Below are positions 11,320 through 20,562 of a stretch of DNA of 25,423 nucleotides, piece by piece. Made by a program: the position numbers and the translations under genes. The DNA lies in the NCBI GenBank assembly GCA_013239625.1, contig MU054096.1, positions 657,098 to 682,520 of the forward strand, written 5' to 3'. How positions within the stretch are numbered: the stretch's first letter is position 1; each line of letters begins with the position of its first letter. The notes beneath the pieces were generated by a model. It saw only the letters and a program-made list of their open reading frames with translations. It searched no databases and had not been told where the DNA came from. The DNA is from Lama guanicoe. Taxonomy: Eukaryota.

Positions 11320-11517
11320 CCTCCTCCAGGCTCCCACAGCATCTCCTCTCATGTTGGACTGTAATTATTTGTATTATGTGTTTGTCTCTCTCCCTCTAGA
11401 CCCTAAGTTCCTTGAGGGTAGGGGCTTCATTTATTCTTGTTTCCCCAGGAGTTAGCTCGGTGAATGGCACATATATGTGTAGGCTCTCCAGTTTGGGGAA
11501 GGAGTGGATAATGAATT
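11320..11517 (+). mobile_element. L2 3' end
   Basis: tgtttgtctctctccctctagaccctaagttccttgagggtagggg...gaatggcacata...aatgaat, the L2 terminal pattern. Confidence 0.7.
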
Positions 11518-12297
11518 CATCAAGTTTGTCCCCTGTCAGGTTAACCATGCAGAGACATTTGGTGTAAGTCACTGAAGTTCTCACCACTTATTCCTTCCCC
11601 ATAAGGAAAAGATCCCTGCGATGTGGCCAGGGCAGCTAACTAGAACATCACTGTATTTCAGACGCACGGGACAGCAAAAAGCTCTCCTGCTTTTTGTTTG
11701 TCATTTTTTTTCAGCTCCTGGGAGAAATTCTGCAAAGGGTCATAGCATCTGCAGGAGCCGAGGGAGGGGAACTCCAGTGCGAGTCATGCTGTGGTGTCAC
11801 CATGATCTTTATCATTATTGTATTTTTTAGGAATGAGAGTCTCCGACCCCAGAGAAAATTGGAGTCTGTCTCATAGGAGACCATCCAGAAAACAGTACAC
11901 AGTAAAAACAAACATAAAATAGAGAAAGCCTGCTGCAGAGGTGAGAGGTGATTTTTTCACACTTTTTTTTCCTCACCTGATAAGTGATAGGGCCCCGCTG
12001 TTAAATCTCCTTTGAAGGGTATTTCACAGAATCCTGATTTGAACATACTGTTCCTATTACCTAGATTTCAGTCCCAAAGGCAGGGCAGCTCTGAACTACT
12101 TTATCAAAAAAACAAAAACAAAACCCCAAAAAAATGAATATTGTGTGATGATAGTTCAAAAGACAAGTCTTCTAAAAGTAAAAGATGTTCATCGTAGTAA
12201 CAAGGCAGGGACGGTGTTGTTGAGGGAACTGAGGCTCAAGAGGAGAAGTGACTTAGTAAATGGAAATTAGAGGTAGGAAGGTAGACATACAGGTCCT

Positions 12298-12625
12298 TTC
12301 AACAACGTGAATGAGTCTCTGCTATTGAGTTGAACAAAAGCTAGATGTAAAACACTACACCCTATCCTAGTACATTTATATGAAGCTCAAAAGCAGGCAG
12401 AACTCATAAATTCTCATAGAAGACCGGAGAGTAGTTACTTTTGTGGGGGTGAGGTTTGGCTCTGAGGAGGGTCTCAGGGCACCTTCTGGACGACTAGAAA
12501 TGTTTTCCATCTTGACCTGGATGGTCGTTCAAAAGTATGCACATATATAAATACTCACTCAGCTGCACAAATATCTGTGTCCTTTTTGGTATATAATTCA
12601 TATGTCAAGAAAAAATTTTAAAAGT
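12298..12625 (+). mobile_element. Old L1 (L1MC/L1ME-like) 3' end
   Basis: caacaacgtgaatgagtctc...catttatatgaagctcaaaagcaggcagaact...cttctgg...aaatgttttccatcttgacctggatggt...A-rich tail. Confidence 0.75.
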
Positions 12626-12673
12626 AAAAGAAGGAGAAAAGCAATTTGAATTTAGTTCTGTGTCTGTGAGTCT

Positions 12674-12904
12674 GGGTAGGAAGGGATAAATTGGGAGTTC
12701 CAGATTTACAGATACTAACTCCTATATAAAATAGATTTAAAAAAGCAAGGTCCTACTGTACAGCATAGGGAACTATATTCAATATCTTGTAGTAACCTAT
12801 AATGAAAAAGAATATGAAAGCAAATATATGTATTTATGTGTATGATGGGGACATGATGCTGTAACCCAGAAATTGACACATAACTGACTACTCTTCAAAA
12901 AAAA
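12674..12904 (+). mobile_element. Lineage-specific L1 3' end with poly(A) and TSD
   Basis: gggataaattgggagtt...catagggaactatattcaatatcttgta...cttcaaaaaaaa; TSD tttagttctgt at 12651-12661 and 12907-12917. Confidence 0.88.
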
Positions 12905-13582
12905 TTTTTAGTTCTGTTTAGTTCCAAAGGCTGTCTCTTTTCACTACACCCTCTTTTGCCATCAGTTTCAAATTTTGATTTTCAATATAGAATCTTACCC
13001 GTTTTCCTGGGATAGTGCACAAAAACTCTCACAGATCCTTTGATACACTATTGCAAGTCAGTTTACAGAGTAGAAATTGCAGATTACAGGAATGGTTATG
13101 AAAGGCTAACAGAGTAGTAGGGACTAGTTTATAAAGGGTTTTGGGAGCCTTGCTAAAGGAAAGGGTTTTATTTGCATGGGGAACCACTGATGGATTTTAT
13201 AGGACAACTTTATGATCATATTTGCTATCGTGGGTGAAATGAATCAGAGAGAATGTACGGGTGGAGTAAGGGCCAGGGACCAGAGTGAGTGAGAGAGCTC
13301 TCATCATCTCTGCAAACGTGAGTAGGTCTTGGACTAAGAGTCGTGACCATGTGGTTGCACAAGAAATAAAGATATGTTGTGTGGATGCTGCGATTGCTGG
13401 GATGTGGGCAGTGAGGCGCAGGCAGGAGCTGACTGAAGGGGCTAGGTAGTCTGAAGCACCGGGAAAACAGGGGCAAAGTATATTCCTCTGGGGAGAAGCT
13501 AACGTTAGGCAGCTTGTCAGGGCTCCCGCCAAGTAATCTGGGATTCAGGGAAGGGTCCTAGTTCTTGTAAGAGGTAGAGTGT

Positions 13583-13948
13583 CATTACAGGCTGAATTGT
13601 GTCCCCCCAAATTCAGATGTTGAAGTCCTGAGCCCCAGTACCTCTGAATGTGACTTTATTTGGTGATGGAGTATTTAAATAGGTAACTAAGTTAAAATGA
13701 GGTCATTAGGGTTGGCCCTAACCCAACACGACTAGGCTCTTTATAAGTAAAGGAGATCTGGATACAGACATGCATTAAGAGAAGACCAGGGGAAGAGACG
13801 GAGAAGACAGCTATCCACGAGCCAGGAGGAGAGGTCTCAGAAGAAGCCAGACCTGCCAGCACCCTGTACTTCCAGCCTTCAGTCATAAGAATATAAATAT
13901 TCTATTGTTTATGTCACCCAGCAATGGCCACCCTAGCAAACTAATACA
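13583..13948 (+). mobile_element. MLT1B-like MaLR solo LTR
   Basis: ggctgaattgtgtccccccaaattcagatgttgaagtcct...gttaaaatgaggtcattagggttggccctaa...ccctagcaaactaataca; perfect 5-bp TSD agtgt (13578-13582 / 13949-13953). Confidence 0.9.
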
Positions 13949-14689
13949 AGTGTCAACCTGGACTCATGCCCAGGGCATGGGGGCCCGAGGGCTAAATCCC
14001 AGCTCAGAAAGCAGACAGGGTCACCAGGGCCCCGCAGATAGAGATTTTCTAGCCAAGAGCTAGTTCCAAAGTCCATCCACTGGTAGGGATGGGGCTCCTA
14101 ATATTCTTCCAAACTGAATTCTCACTGGTTCAAAGATTAGGCAGAGCAGAGCTACCAGTGGGTTAAAAGGTACGGTCTTCAATTCTGATGCTAGGCAGGG
14201 ATGGACGCAGGCCAGGGCTGGCTAACCATCATAATTCCAAAAAAATAACTGGCTGTCAGCTTGGAGCAAAAAGGAATGCTAGGTCCAGGCAGAATCGACT
14301 TGATAAACAAGGTATGTGTTTATAATTGCACATTCCTGGGATATTCGACTGAAAAATAAAGAGATATGTATCCATACATACATATATATGTATACACACA
14401 TGTTTAGTCTGTCTACTAAATACCTTACGAGCTCTGCCGGGGTTCAGCCCCTGTCCTTGGTCCCTTGGGTTACTGCATCTCCTGACTGATCTCTGTCTCA
14501 GTATTGCTCCCCAGGAATGAGGCTCAAGGGCACATCATTTGCGGCATAAATTGCCATGACTTTCTCATTCATCTGTTTGTCAAAGAGTCGGATCGCGTAG
14601 GAGTCTTTGACTCCTTGCCTACTAAGTACAGTTATGCAGTATAGCGTCTTCCTTTTCCATGACTCTCACATCCACTTCCTTTTTACATC

Positions 14690-15200
14690 TTCACTTACCC
14701 AAATTCAAATTCTTGTCTCATTCTGCCTTAACGACTGATAGCCTCCTGACTGTTCTGCGTACCTCCCTGCCCTCTCCGCCCCACCTAAATCTATCCAACA
14801 CGACGCCTTTGAAGCACATCACTTTGACCACAGCGCTGTTTTTCTACTTGTTAGTCTTTGGCTGCTTAGAGCAGTCAAACAGTCCGCAATCCAATGGTCG
14901 AGGCTTTGGGAAGCTGGCTTTTCTAACATTTTCAGCGTTATTTATAACCATCCTAGCTTCCCCAATGTTGAATGCATGCACGGGGTTTCAGGCATTGCCC
15001 TCCAATGCGGTGCAGCCCCGAGCTCCCCCCACCCCCACCCTTCCCAGCACCAACCCAGCCCTGTGCTCTTGCTCGTGAGCCTCCTCCACCCCTTACGGAA
15101 GCACCTTTTCCAGTCCCATTGTCCTTCAAAAAGAGCTCAGATCCCAGTCACGTTTGCACATTCTTCCAGCACGCCAGGCCTCCTCAACGCACATCACTTA
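14690..15200 (+). mobile_element. Degenerate L2 fragments
   Basis: C/T-rich with atagcctcctgactg...cctccctgccctct...aaatctatcc and ttcttccagcacgccaggc, which are L2-like. Confidence 0.4.
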
Positions 15201-15231
15201 TCTTTCAAGGCAAACCCTAGTTTGTCTTCAT

Positions 15232-15346
15232 TTTGGGGGGAGGTAATTAGGTTTATTTATTCATTTTTGGAGGAGGTATTGGGGATTGAACCTAGGACCT
15301 TGTGTATGCTAAGCATGTGCTCTACCACTTGAGCTATACCCTCCCC
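15232..15346 (-). mobile_element. tRNA-Ala-derived SINE (Vic-1-like)
   Basis: Reverse complement ggggagggtatagctcaagtggtagagcacatgcttagcat...ggttcaatcccc...aataaacctaattacctcccccc; degenerate TSD gtcttcat / gtcctcat. Confidence 0.92.
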
Positions 15347-15865
15347 GTCCTCATCTTTGGCATCTCTGCTCATCACCTTGGCATCCCATCCTCTGTGACA
15401 GGTACCAGGGTGGCCATTACTTTCCAGATGTTGTCTTATCCTCGAGATCACGGCTGGATAACAATAGCCCCTCATTCAATGCAGTGAGTGCCCCCAAACT
15501 GTCTATTCATGGCGCGATTGCTTAGGACATTTCTGCTGTTTTGAATTGCCAATTAAATTTCTGATTTTAACTTTTGAAAAAATGACATCTCTTTCCCAGG
15601 TTGATTGTAAAGACTTCACCCTCAAATGACCTAGTTTCATATGAGGGAGGAGAGGAAGACACTCTTAGGTCCCAGACACTGAAGTACTGGTTTTCCCTGG
15701 GTTTCTCTGAATGTGATAGTCTGGCAGTCTGTTTTATGGGGCACACAAAACCTATGATTTTACAGATATCTTGCTTAGGGTAAGGCTAGAGTAGATAGTG
15801 TCCATGGAAGTTTTCTTTTTTCTATTTTATTTTATTTTATTTTAATTCTTATGGACATAATTCCC

Positions 15866-16639
15866 ATTTGATTGAAGTACAGTCCATTACAGTGTGTTCA
15901 TTTCTGGCATACAGCATTATGTTTGTCATACTTATGCATATATATATGCTTTCATTATAGGTTACTACAAGATATTGAAAATAGTTCCCTGTGCACTACA
16001 TAAGAAATCTGTTTTTTAATCTATTTTGTATATAGTAGTATTTGCAAATCTCGAACTCCCAATTTATCCCTTCCCACCTCCTTCCTCCCATAACCATAAG
16101 TTTACTATATGAGACTTTCTGCTTTGTAGATAAGTTAGTGTCTTGTCTTTTCTTTTCTTTCTTTCTTTCTCTTTTTTCCTTCCTTCCTTCCTTCCTTCCT
16201 TTCTTCCTTTCTTTTTAGATTCCACATATGAGTGACAACATACGGTATTTTTCTTTCTCTTTCTGGCTTACTTCACTTAAAATGATGAGCTCCAGATCAT
16301 CCATGTTGCTGCAAAATGGCATTATTTTATCCTTTTTATGGCTGAGTAGTATTCCATTGTGTAAATATACCACAACTTCTTTATCCAGTCCTCTTGTCAA
16401 TGGACATTGAGGTGGTTTCCGTGTCTTAGCTTTTGTAAATAGTGCTGCTACGAACATTGGGGTGCATGTTATCTTTTTGAATTAGAGTTCTCTCCAGATA
16501 TATGCCCAGGAGTGGGATTGCTGGATCATATGGTGGGTCTATTTTTAGTTTTTTGAGGAATCCCCACACTGTTTTCCATAATGGCTGCACCAAACTACAT
16601 TCCCACCAGCAGTGTGGGAGGGTTCCTTTTTCTCCACAC
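15866..16639 (-). mobile_element. Lineage-specific L1 3' end including the ORF2 C-terminus (5'-truncated)
   Basis: The ORF at 16215-16457(-), MFVAALFTKAKTRKPPQCP...LELIILSEVSQKEKEKY.MLSLICGI, is frameshifted L1 ORF2p; also tatatgcccaggagtgggattgctggatcatatgg and an L1 3' UTR. Confidence 0.93.
16146..16216 (+). repeat. Compound (CTTT)n/(CCTT)n microsatellite inside the L1 3' UTR
   Basis: Directly visible pure pyrimidine tract tcttttcttttctttctttctttctc...ccttccttccttcc. Confidence 0.9.
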
Positions 16640-16789
16640 CACCCGCCTTTTCTAAGTGAGTTGCTTTAAATAAAAAAAAATTAAATAATAATAGTTCAAG
16701 TGATACTCAGTTATGGCAGAAACTGTAGAAGTGGTCCTTCAATGACTGAAACAGTATTAGATGATATCACATTTGTTTCTCTCCAGAGC

Positions 16790-16925
16790 TTTGCAAATTA
16801 GAAACTAAAGTCCAGAAAAACGTTGCAACTTACCCAAGTTAGAAAGCTAATAGGTCGCGAAGCAACATTCAGGTGGAGTAACCTAGGTGTCTGGCTAAAG
16901 CTCTCCAAGTTTCCCCTTTTACCAT
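16790..16925 (-). mobile_element. MIR fragment
   Basis: gaaactaaagtccagaaaaacgttgcaacttacccaagtt...agctaataggt...acctaggtgtctggct resembles the antisense MIR core. Confidence 0.45.
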
Positions 16926-18037
16926 GACGCCCTTTTGTATACAGAAGATTTAATTACTTGTGTGTGTCTGACTTGTGTTTTTATGCCCCACTCTTCAAAA
17001 AGACTTAACTTTCTAAATTAAATCCTTCACCTCCAAAATGAATTTAGTGTGTTTCTAAACACATTTATAAACCATACAGAGAGAAGGACCTGATTTCCTG
17101 CCTGGCTGAGTGAAACATTAATTCTCCACCTTGGCATCTCAAACTACAGCTGTAATAAGGGCCGTTATGCCCAGATAGGCCCTTAAACGGAAGACCTGCT
17201 GAGCGGAGACCCACTTTCCCAGCCCTGCTCAACCGCGTCAGCTTCCCTGCCAACTGACCAGGCGGAAGCGGCAGCAGGGGAGGAGGGCCCGCAAGTCGGT
17301 GGGGAGGGGATCATTCTGAAAGCCTTAAATCCCTCGCAGGGAAGAAGCAGCTGCTCCTTGTTTTTCTAACATCTGTCCCACCTGTCCCCCATCGGCGCCT
17401 CACCCTTTGGAGGCCCCAGCCAGCTAAAGGCGGATAGGACGGGTTGGGGAGGGGGCATTTCTGAAGGCTGGATGCGGGCATAACTGCTACCCGGAAGTTT
17501 CTTCCGCTGAGAAGAGGGCAGCTGGGGTTCTTGAGGGGTCCTGCCCCCTCCCTTCATTTTCCTCACAGACACACGGCTGTAGTGGACAGATGGGCATTTG
17601 CAGCATCACCCAGGTCGGACGTGCGCCCTGAGGGTGTTGGCTCACAAGGCAGGTGCCCCCAGCGCCACTTTCTAGCTGTAACCTCGGGGGAGGAATAAGG
17701 CCCTGCACGCAGGCTACCTGCTCTAGGTAGGACCCCTCAGCACACCTGGCAGCGTGCTGCTCGCATCGGGCTCCCCCGCCCGTACCGCGCTTCTCCAGCC
17801 CTCGGGACCTCATTTTCACCGAGTTATTTCCCCCGGCATTCTGGACCGTGCCTGGAACCGGTGGCCATGAAATAGACACTTATGAATGAATGAACGTTAA
17901 GGAAGAAAAAGGTAAAGGAGCAGGCTGGTTCATTAGGTTCCAAGGCGGGGGTGGGGGAAAGGCTTGGACTTACACCGAGTCGCCGCGGGGCGCGCATTCC
18001 CGCAGGGTCGGCCTGCGGGCACTCACCCGGCCCCAAC

Positions 18038-18284
18038 GCGCCTGCGCAGCCCGAGACAGCCCCGCCCAGGGCGCGCAGCCACACCCCCTTCCCATCCTTC
18101 CCGCGTTCAAGCGCTCCCGCTCTGGTCTCGGGGGCGGGGCCAGGGGCGCAGGCGCAGTGCGCGGCGGAAGTAGCGACCGGAAAGTGAAAGCGGCCCAGGC
18201 CGCCCGGCTTGCGAAGGGCGCCGAGCTCCTCCTCCTCCCGCGGGCCGCCCCGCCGCACGTGCGGCTCCGCCCCGCCCCGCCCCC
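18038..18284 (+). promoter_or_regulatory. TATA-less promoter motif cluster for CMC1
   Basis: NRF1-type GCGCCTGCGCA (18038-18048) and GCGCAGGCGCA (18146-18156); GC box GGGGCGGGGC (18131-18140); ETS GCGGAAGT (18164-18171); GGAAAGTGAAAG (18179-18190); E-box CACGTG (18256-18261); tandem CCGCCC boxes (18267-18284). The transcription start site cannot be fixed from sequence alone. Confidence 0.8.
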
Positions 18285-18324
18285 TGTGCGGGAGGCCGCC
18301 GGGCTGCTCCTCCCCGCCGCGGAG

Positions 18325-18343
18325 ATGGCGCTCGACCCCGCAG
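18325..18343 (+). CDS. CMC1: First coding exon segment (19 nt, MALDPA + 1 nt) of COX assembly mitochondrial protein homolog (C-X9-C motif containing 1)
   Basis: Strong Kozak context gagATGG; ATG GCG CTC GAC CCC GCA G is followed at once by the donor CAG|gtacgc. As recalled, mammalian CMC1 begins MALDPA(D/E)QHLRHVEK, so the phase-1 G fits. It lies in a CpG island with NRF1/GABP motifs typical of mitochondrial genes. Only six codons are available for identification. Confidence 0.85.
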
Positions 18344-18939
18344 GTACGCGCGGGAGTGGGGGTTGCGGCGCGGCGGCCGGGCGGGAGCGAGCCGGGAACG
18401 AGCCGGGAACGCCGGCGCCGAGCCGCCCCCGGGGCGAGGGTTCGAGCTCGGGTCCGACGGTGGCTGCCGCGCGCTGTCCTGACGCGTGGCCTCTTCGCCG
18501 CCGCCCTCCCCCGTCCCTCTGGGCGGGGCCCCTGAAATGTCTGTAGCGCAGCCTGGAGAGGCCCCAGACGCCCGTGGGGTCCCCGTGCCGGTGACTCCCG
18601 CGCCCTCTGCCCCTCGCACCCCGGCCGCGGGACGCCCGTGCGGCCCTGGCTTCGGGGCTCTCACTCAGCTGCCGTTCTGGAGGGAACGGTCGTTGGTTTT
18701 AGCCCGTCCCCTCCGTTTATGGAGGTGAAAATTCCAGGCGTCAGGAGAAGTGGCTTCCAAGCTTTGGAGAGTCAGAAATGGAGAAGACACTTAGGCGGGC
18801 CTCAGGGGAGGGGAGCAGACGGCCCCTCGGCTGGTGGTGGGGACCGAGTCCGGGTCGAACCCAGACAATTCCTTCCGCAGTCCAGGCGTAGACGTGCCGC
18901 CGTTGGAGACTTCAGGAGGAAACAGACGGTTGCTGCACG

Positions 18940-19700
18940 CTCTCTGTACGTCGAGTCTTGGTCTAGGCCCTGGGAAACCGGTGTTCAGGACCAGCAAGAC
19001 AGCTTGTGTCCCAGTGGTGGAAGGAAGAAGACAGCCCTCCCCCAAACACACTTTTACAGACCGTGATACACATTAAGAAGAAAATAAGCAGAGTCGTAGG
19101 TAGATGGTAAATAGGACCATTTAGATGGAGTGGTCAGGGAGGAGCTCTGGGGGGAAGTGTCCTCTGAGGACCAGAGGAAACAGGCCTGTAAGGAGGTAAG
19201 GAAAGTCCGCTAGGCTGTCCAAGCGGCAGGTGCTTGGGCTGCTTGGTTGGAATGAGGGCCACAGAGCGGAGGAGATCCTTAAGGAAGGATGTAAGGAGTA
19301 GGCAGAACCTCGATGCTGCAGGGCCTTGAAGGCTTTGGTAAGAAAGTATCCTCACTTAAACCTGTGGAGGCTTTCTGAGAGATCAGTGACGTCATATGAT
19401 ATGACTTACTCCTTTACACCCCTAGCAGCAGTGGTAGTGTTGTAGAGGGATCCTGAGATGGTAGCAGCAGTCCCGGCCAAATATGTTGTATGTATTGGCC
19501 TGCGATGGTCTTAGGGAAAAATGAAAAGAAATACAAAACTTCCGTAGATGATTGGGAGGAGAAATTGACAGGACTTGCTGTTGCGTTAGCGGTGAGCAAA
19601 GCGGAGGCTTTAAGGCTTTTTACGTCAACGACTGGGTGGCTGGTGATGGTCAGATCTAACACGATGACCATGGGAGACTCCGATAAAAGGAGGGATGGAA
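18940..19700 (-). mobile_element. Degenerate L2
   Basis: ctaggccctgggaaac...tttagatggagtggtcagggagg...aattgacaggacttgctg...caacgactgggtggctggtgatg are antisense L2 motifs. Confidence 0.6.
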
Positions 19701-20135
19701 ACAAGATTGGAATGGAAAGTAAGAAAGTGGAGTCAGAAAGTAGGAAGATTTAAAAAAAAAAATTTCTTTGTGTAATTACCAGAATACAAATGTACTGAAG
19801 TCAGCTTTTTTTCCCACTTCATTTTTGTTTGGTTCATAGGGTGAAGCATAGGTTCCTATTTTGATGTTTCTCTTGCTTTTCACAGTCCACATTGGTCTAT
19901 GCCCGTGCTGAGTTGATGTGTTTCTGAGTAGATGAGTGAATAGTTAGGCCAAATGAAGTTTATATGGTAAAATTTGTTTTCTCATTGGTTTATGTTAAAT
20001 TTTTAATCTTCATTTGAGAGCAGCTTTTAACTAACTTTGTAGGATCCATTTTTTTTTCGGAAAAAATTCTGAACCCAACAGTGAAATGCAGGTTGCATAT
20101 TTTTATACATAGTTTTATTTAAACAGTTTTTCCTT

Positions 20136-20562
20136 ATATATGTATATATTTATTGAAGTATAGTCGGATTACAGTATTGTGTCAATTTGGTGTACAGCAC
20201 AATGCTTCAGTGATACATGAACATACATTTGTTTTCATACTCTTTTTCACCGTAAGTTACTAGAAGATACTGAATACAGTTCCCTGTGCTATACAATATA
20301 AACCCGCTGTTTATCTGTTTTATATCTAGTAGTTACTATCTGCAAATCTCAGACTCCCAATTTATTCCTTCCCATCCCCTTCACCCACCGTAACCTTAAG
20401 TTTGTTTTCTATGAGTCTGTTTCAGTTTTGTAAATAAGTTCGTTTGTCTTCTTTTTGTTTTTTTCAGATTTCACATATAAGTGATATCATGTGGCATTTT
20501 TCTTTCTCTTTCTGGCTTGCTTCACTTAGAATGACGATCCCCATGTCCATCCATGTTGCTGC
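20136..20562 (-). mobile_element. Lineage-specific L1 3' end, antisense in intron 1, with TSD
   Basis: tttattgaagtatagtc...tacagttccctgtgctataca...tctggcttgcttcacttagaatgac...ccatgttgctgc; TSD aaacagtttttcctt (20121-20135) / aaaccgttttccctt (20563-20577). Confidence 0.9.

Larger units (their letters stand above)
12222..12950 (-). mobile_element. MIR split into pieces (about 12222-12272, 12643-12661, 12918-12950) by two L1 insertions
   Basis: gagggaactgaggctcaagaggagaagtgactt / atttgaatttagttctgt / ttagttccaaaggctgtctcttttcactacacc are colinear with antisense MIR. Confidence 0.55.
17750..18950. promoter_or_regulatory. CpG island spanning the promoter, exon 1 and start of intron 1
   Basis: Abrupt rise in GC content and CpG density (core about 17950-18700) against AT-rich, CpG-poor flanks; judged by eye. 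Confidence 0.95.

Noticed and set aside
14659..15078. 139-aa Leu/Thr-rich ORF with hydrophobic stretches
   Set aside because: Arises from C/T-rich, probably L2-derived sequence; no family resemblance.
17824..19076. Overlapping long ORFs (144, 185, 218, 142 aa and others) as protein-coding genes
   Set aside because: Low-complexity Arg/Pro/Gly/Ala translations expected from stop-poor CpG island DNA; only the 19 nt before the splice donor are supported.
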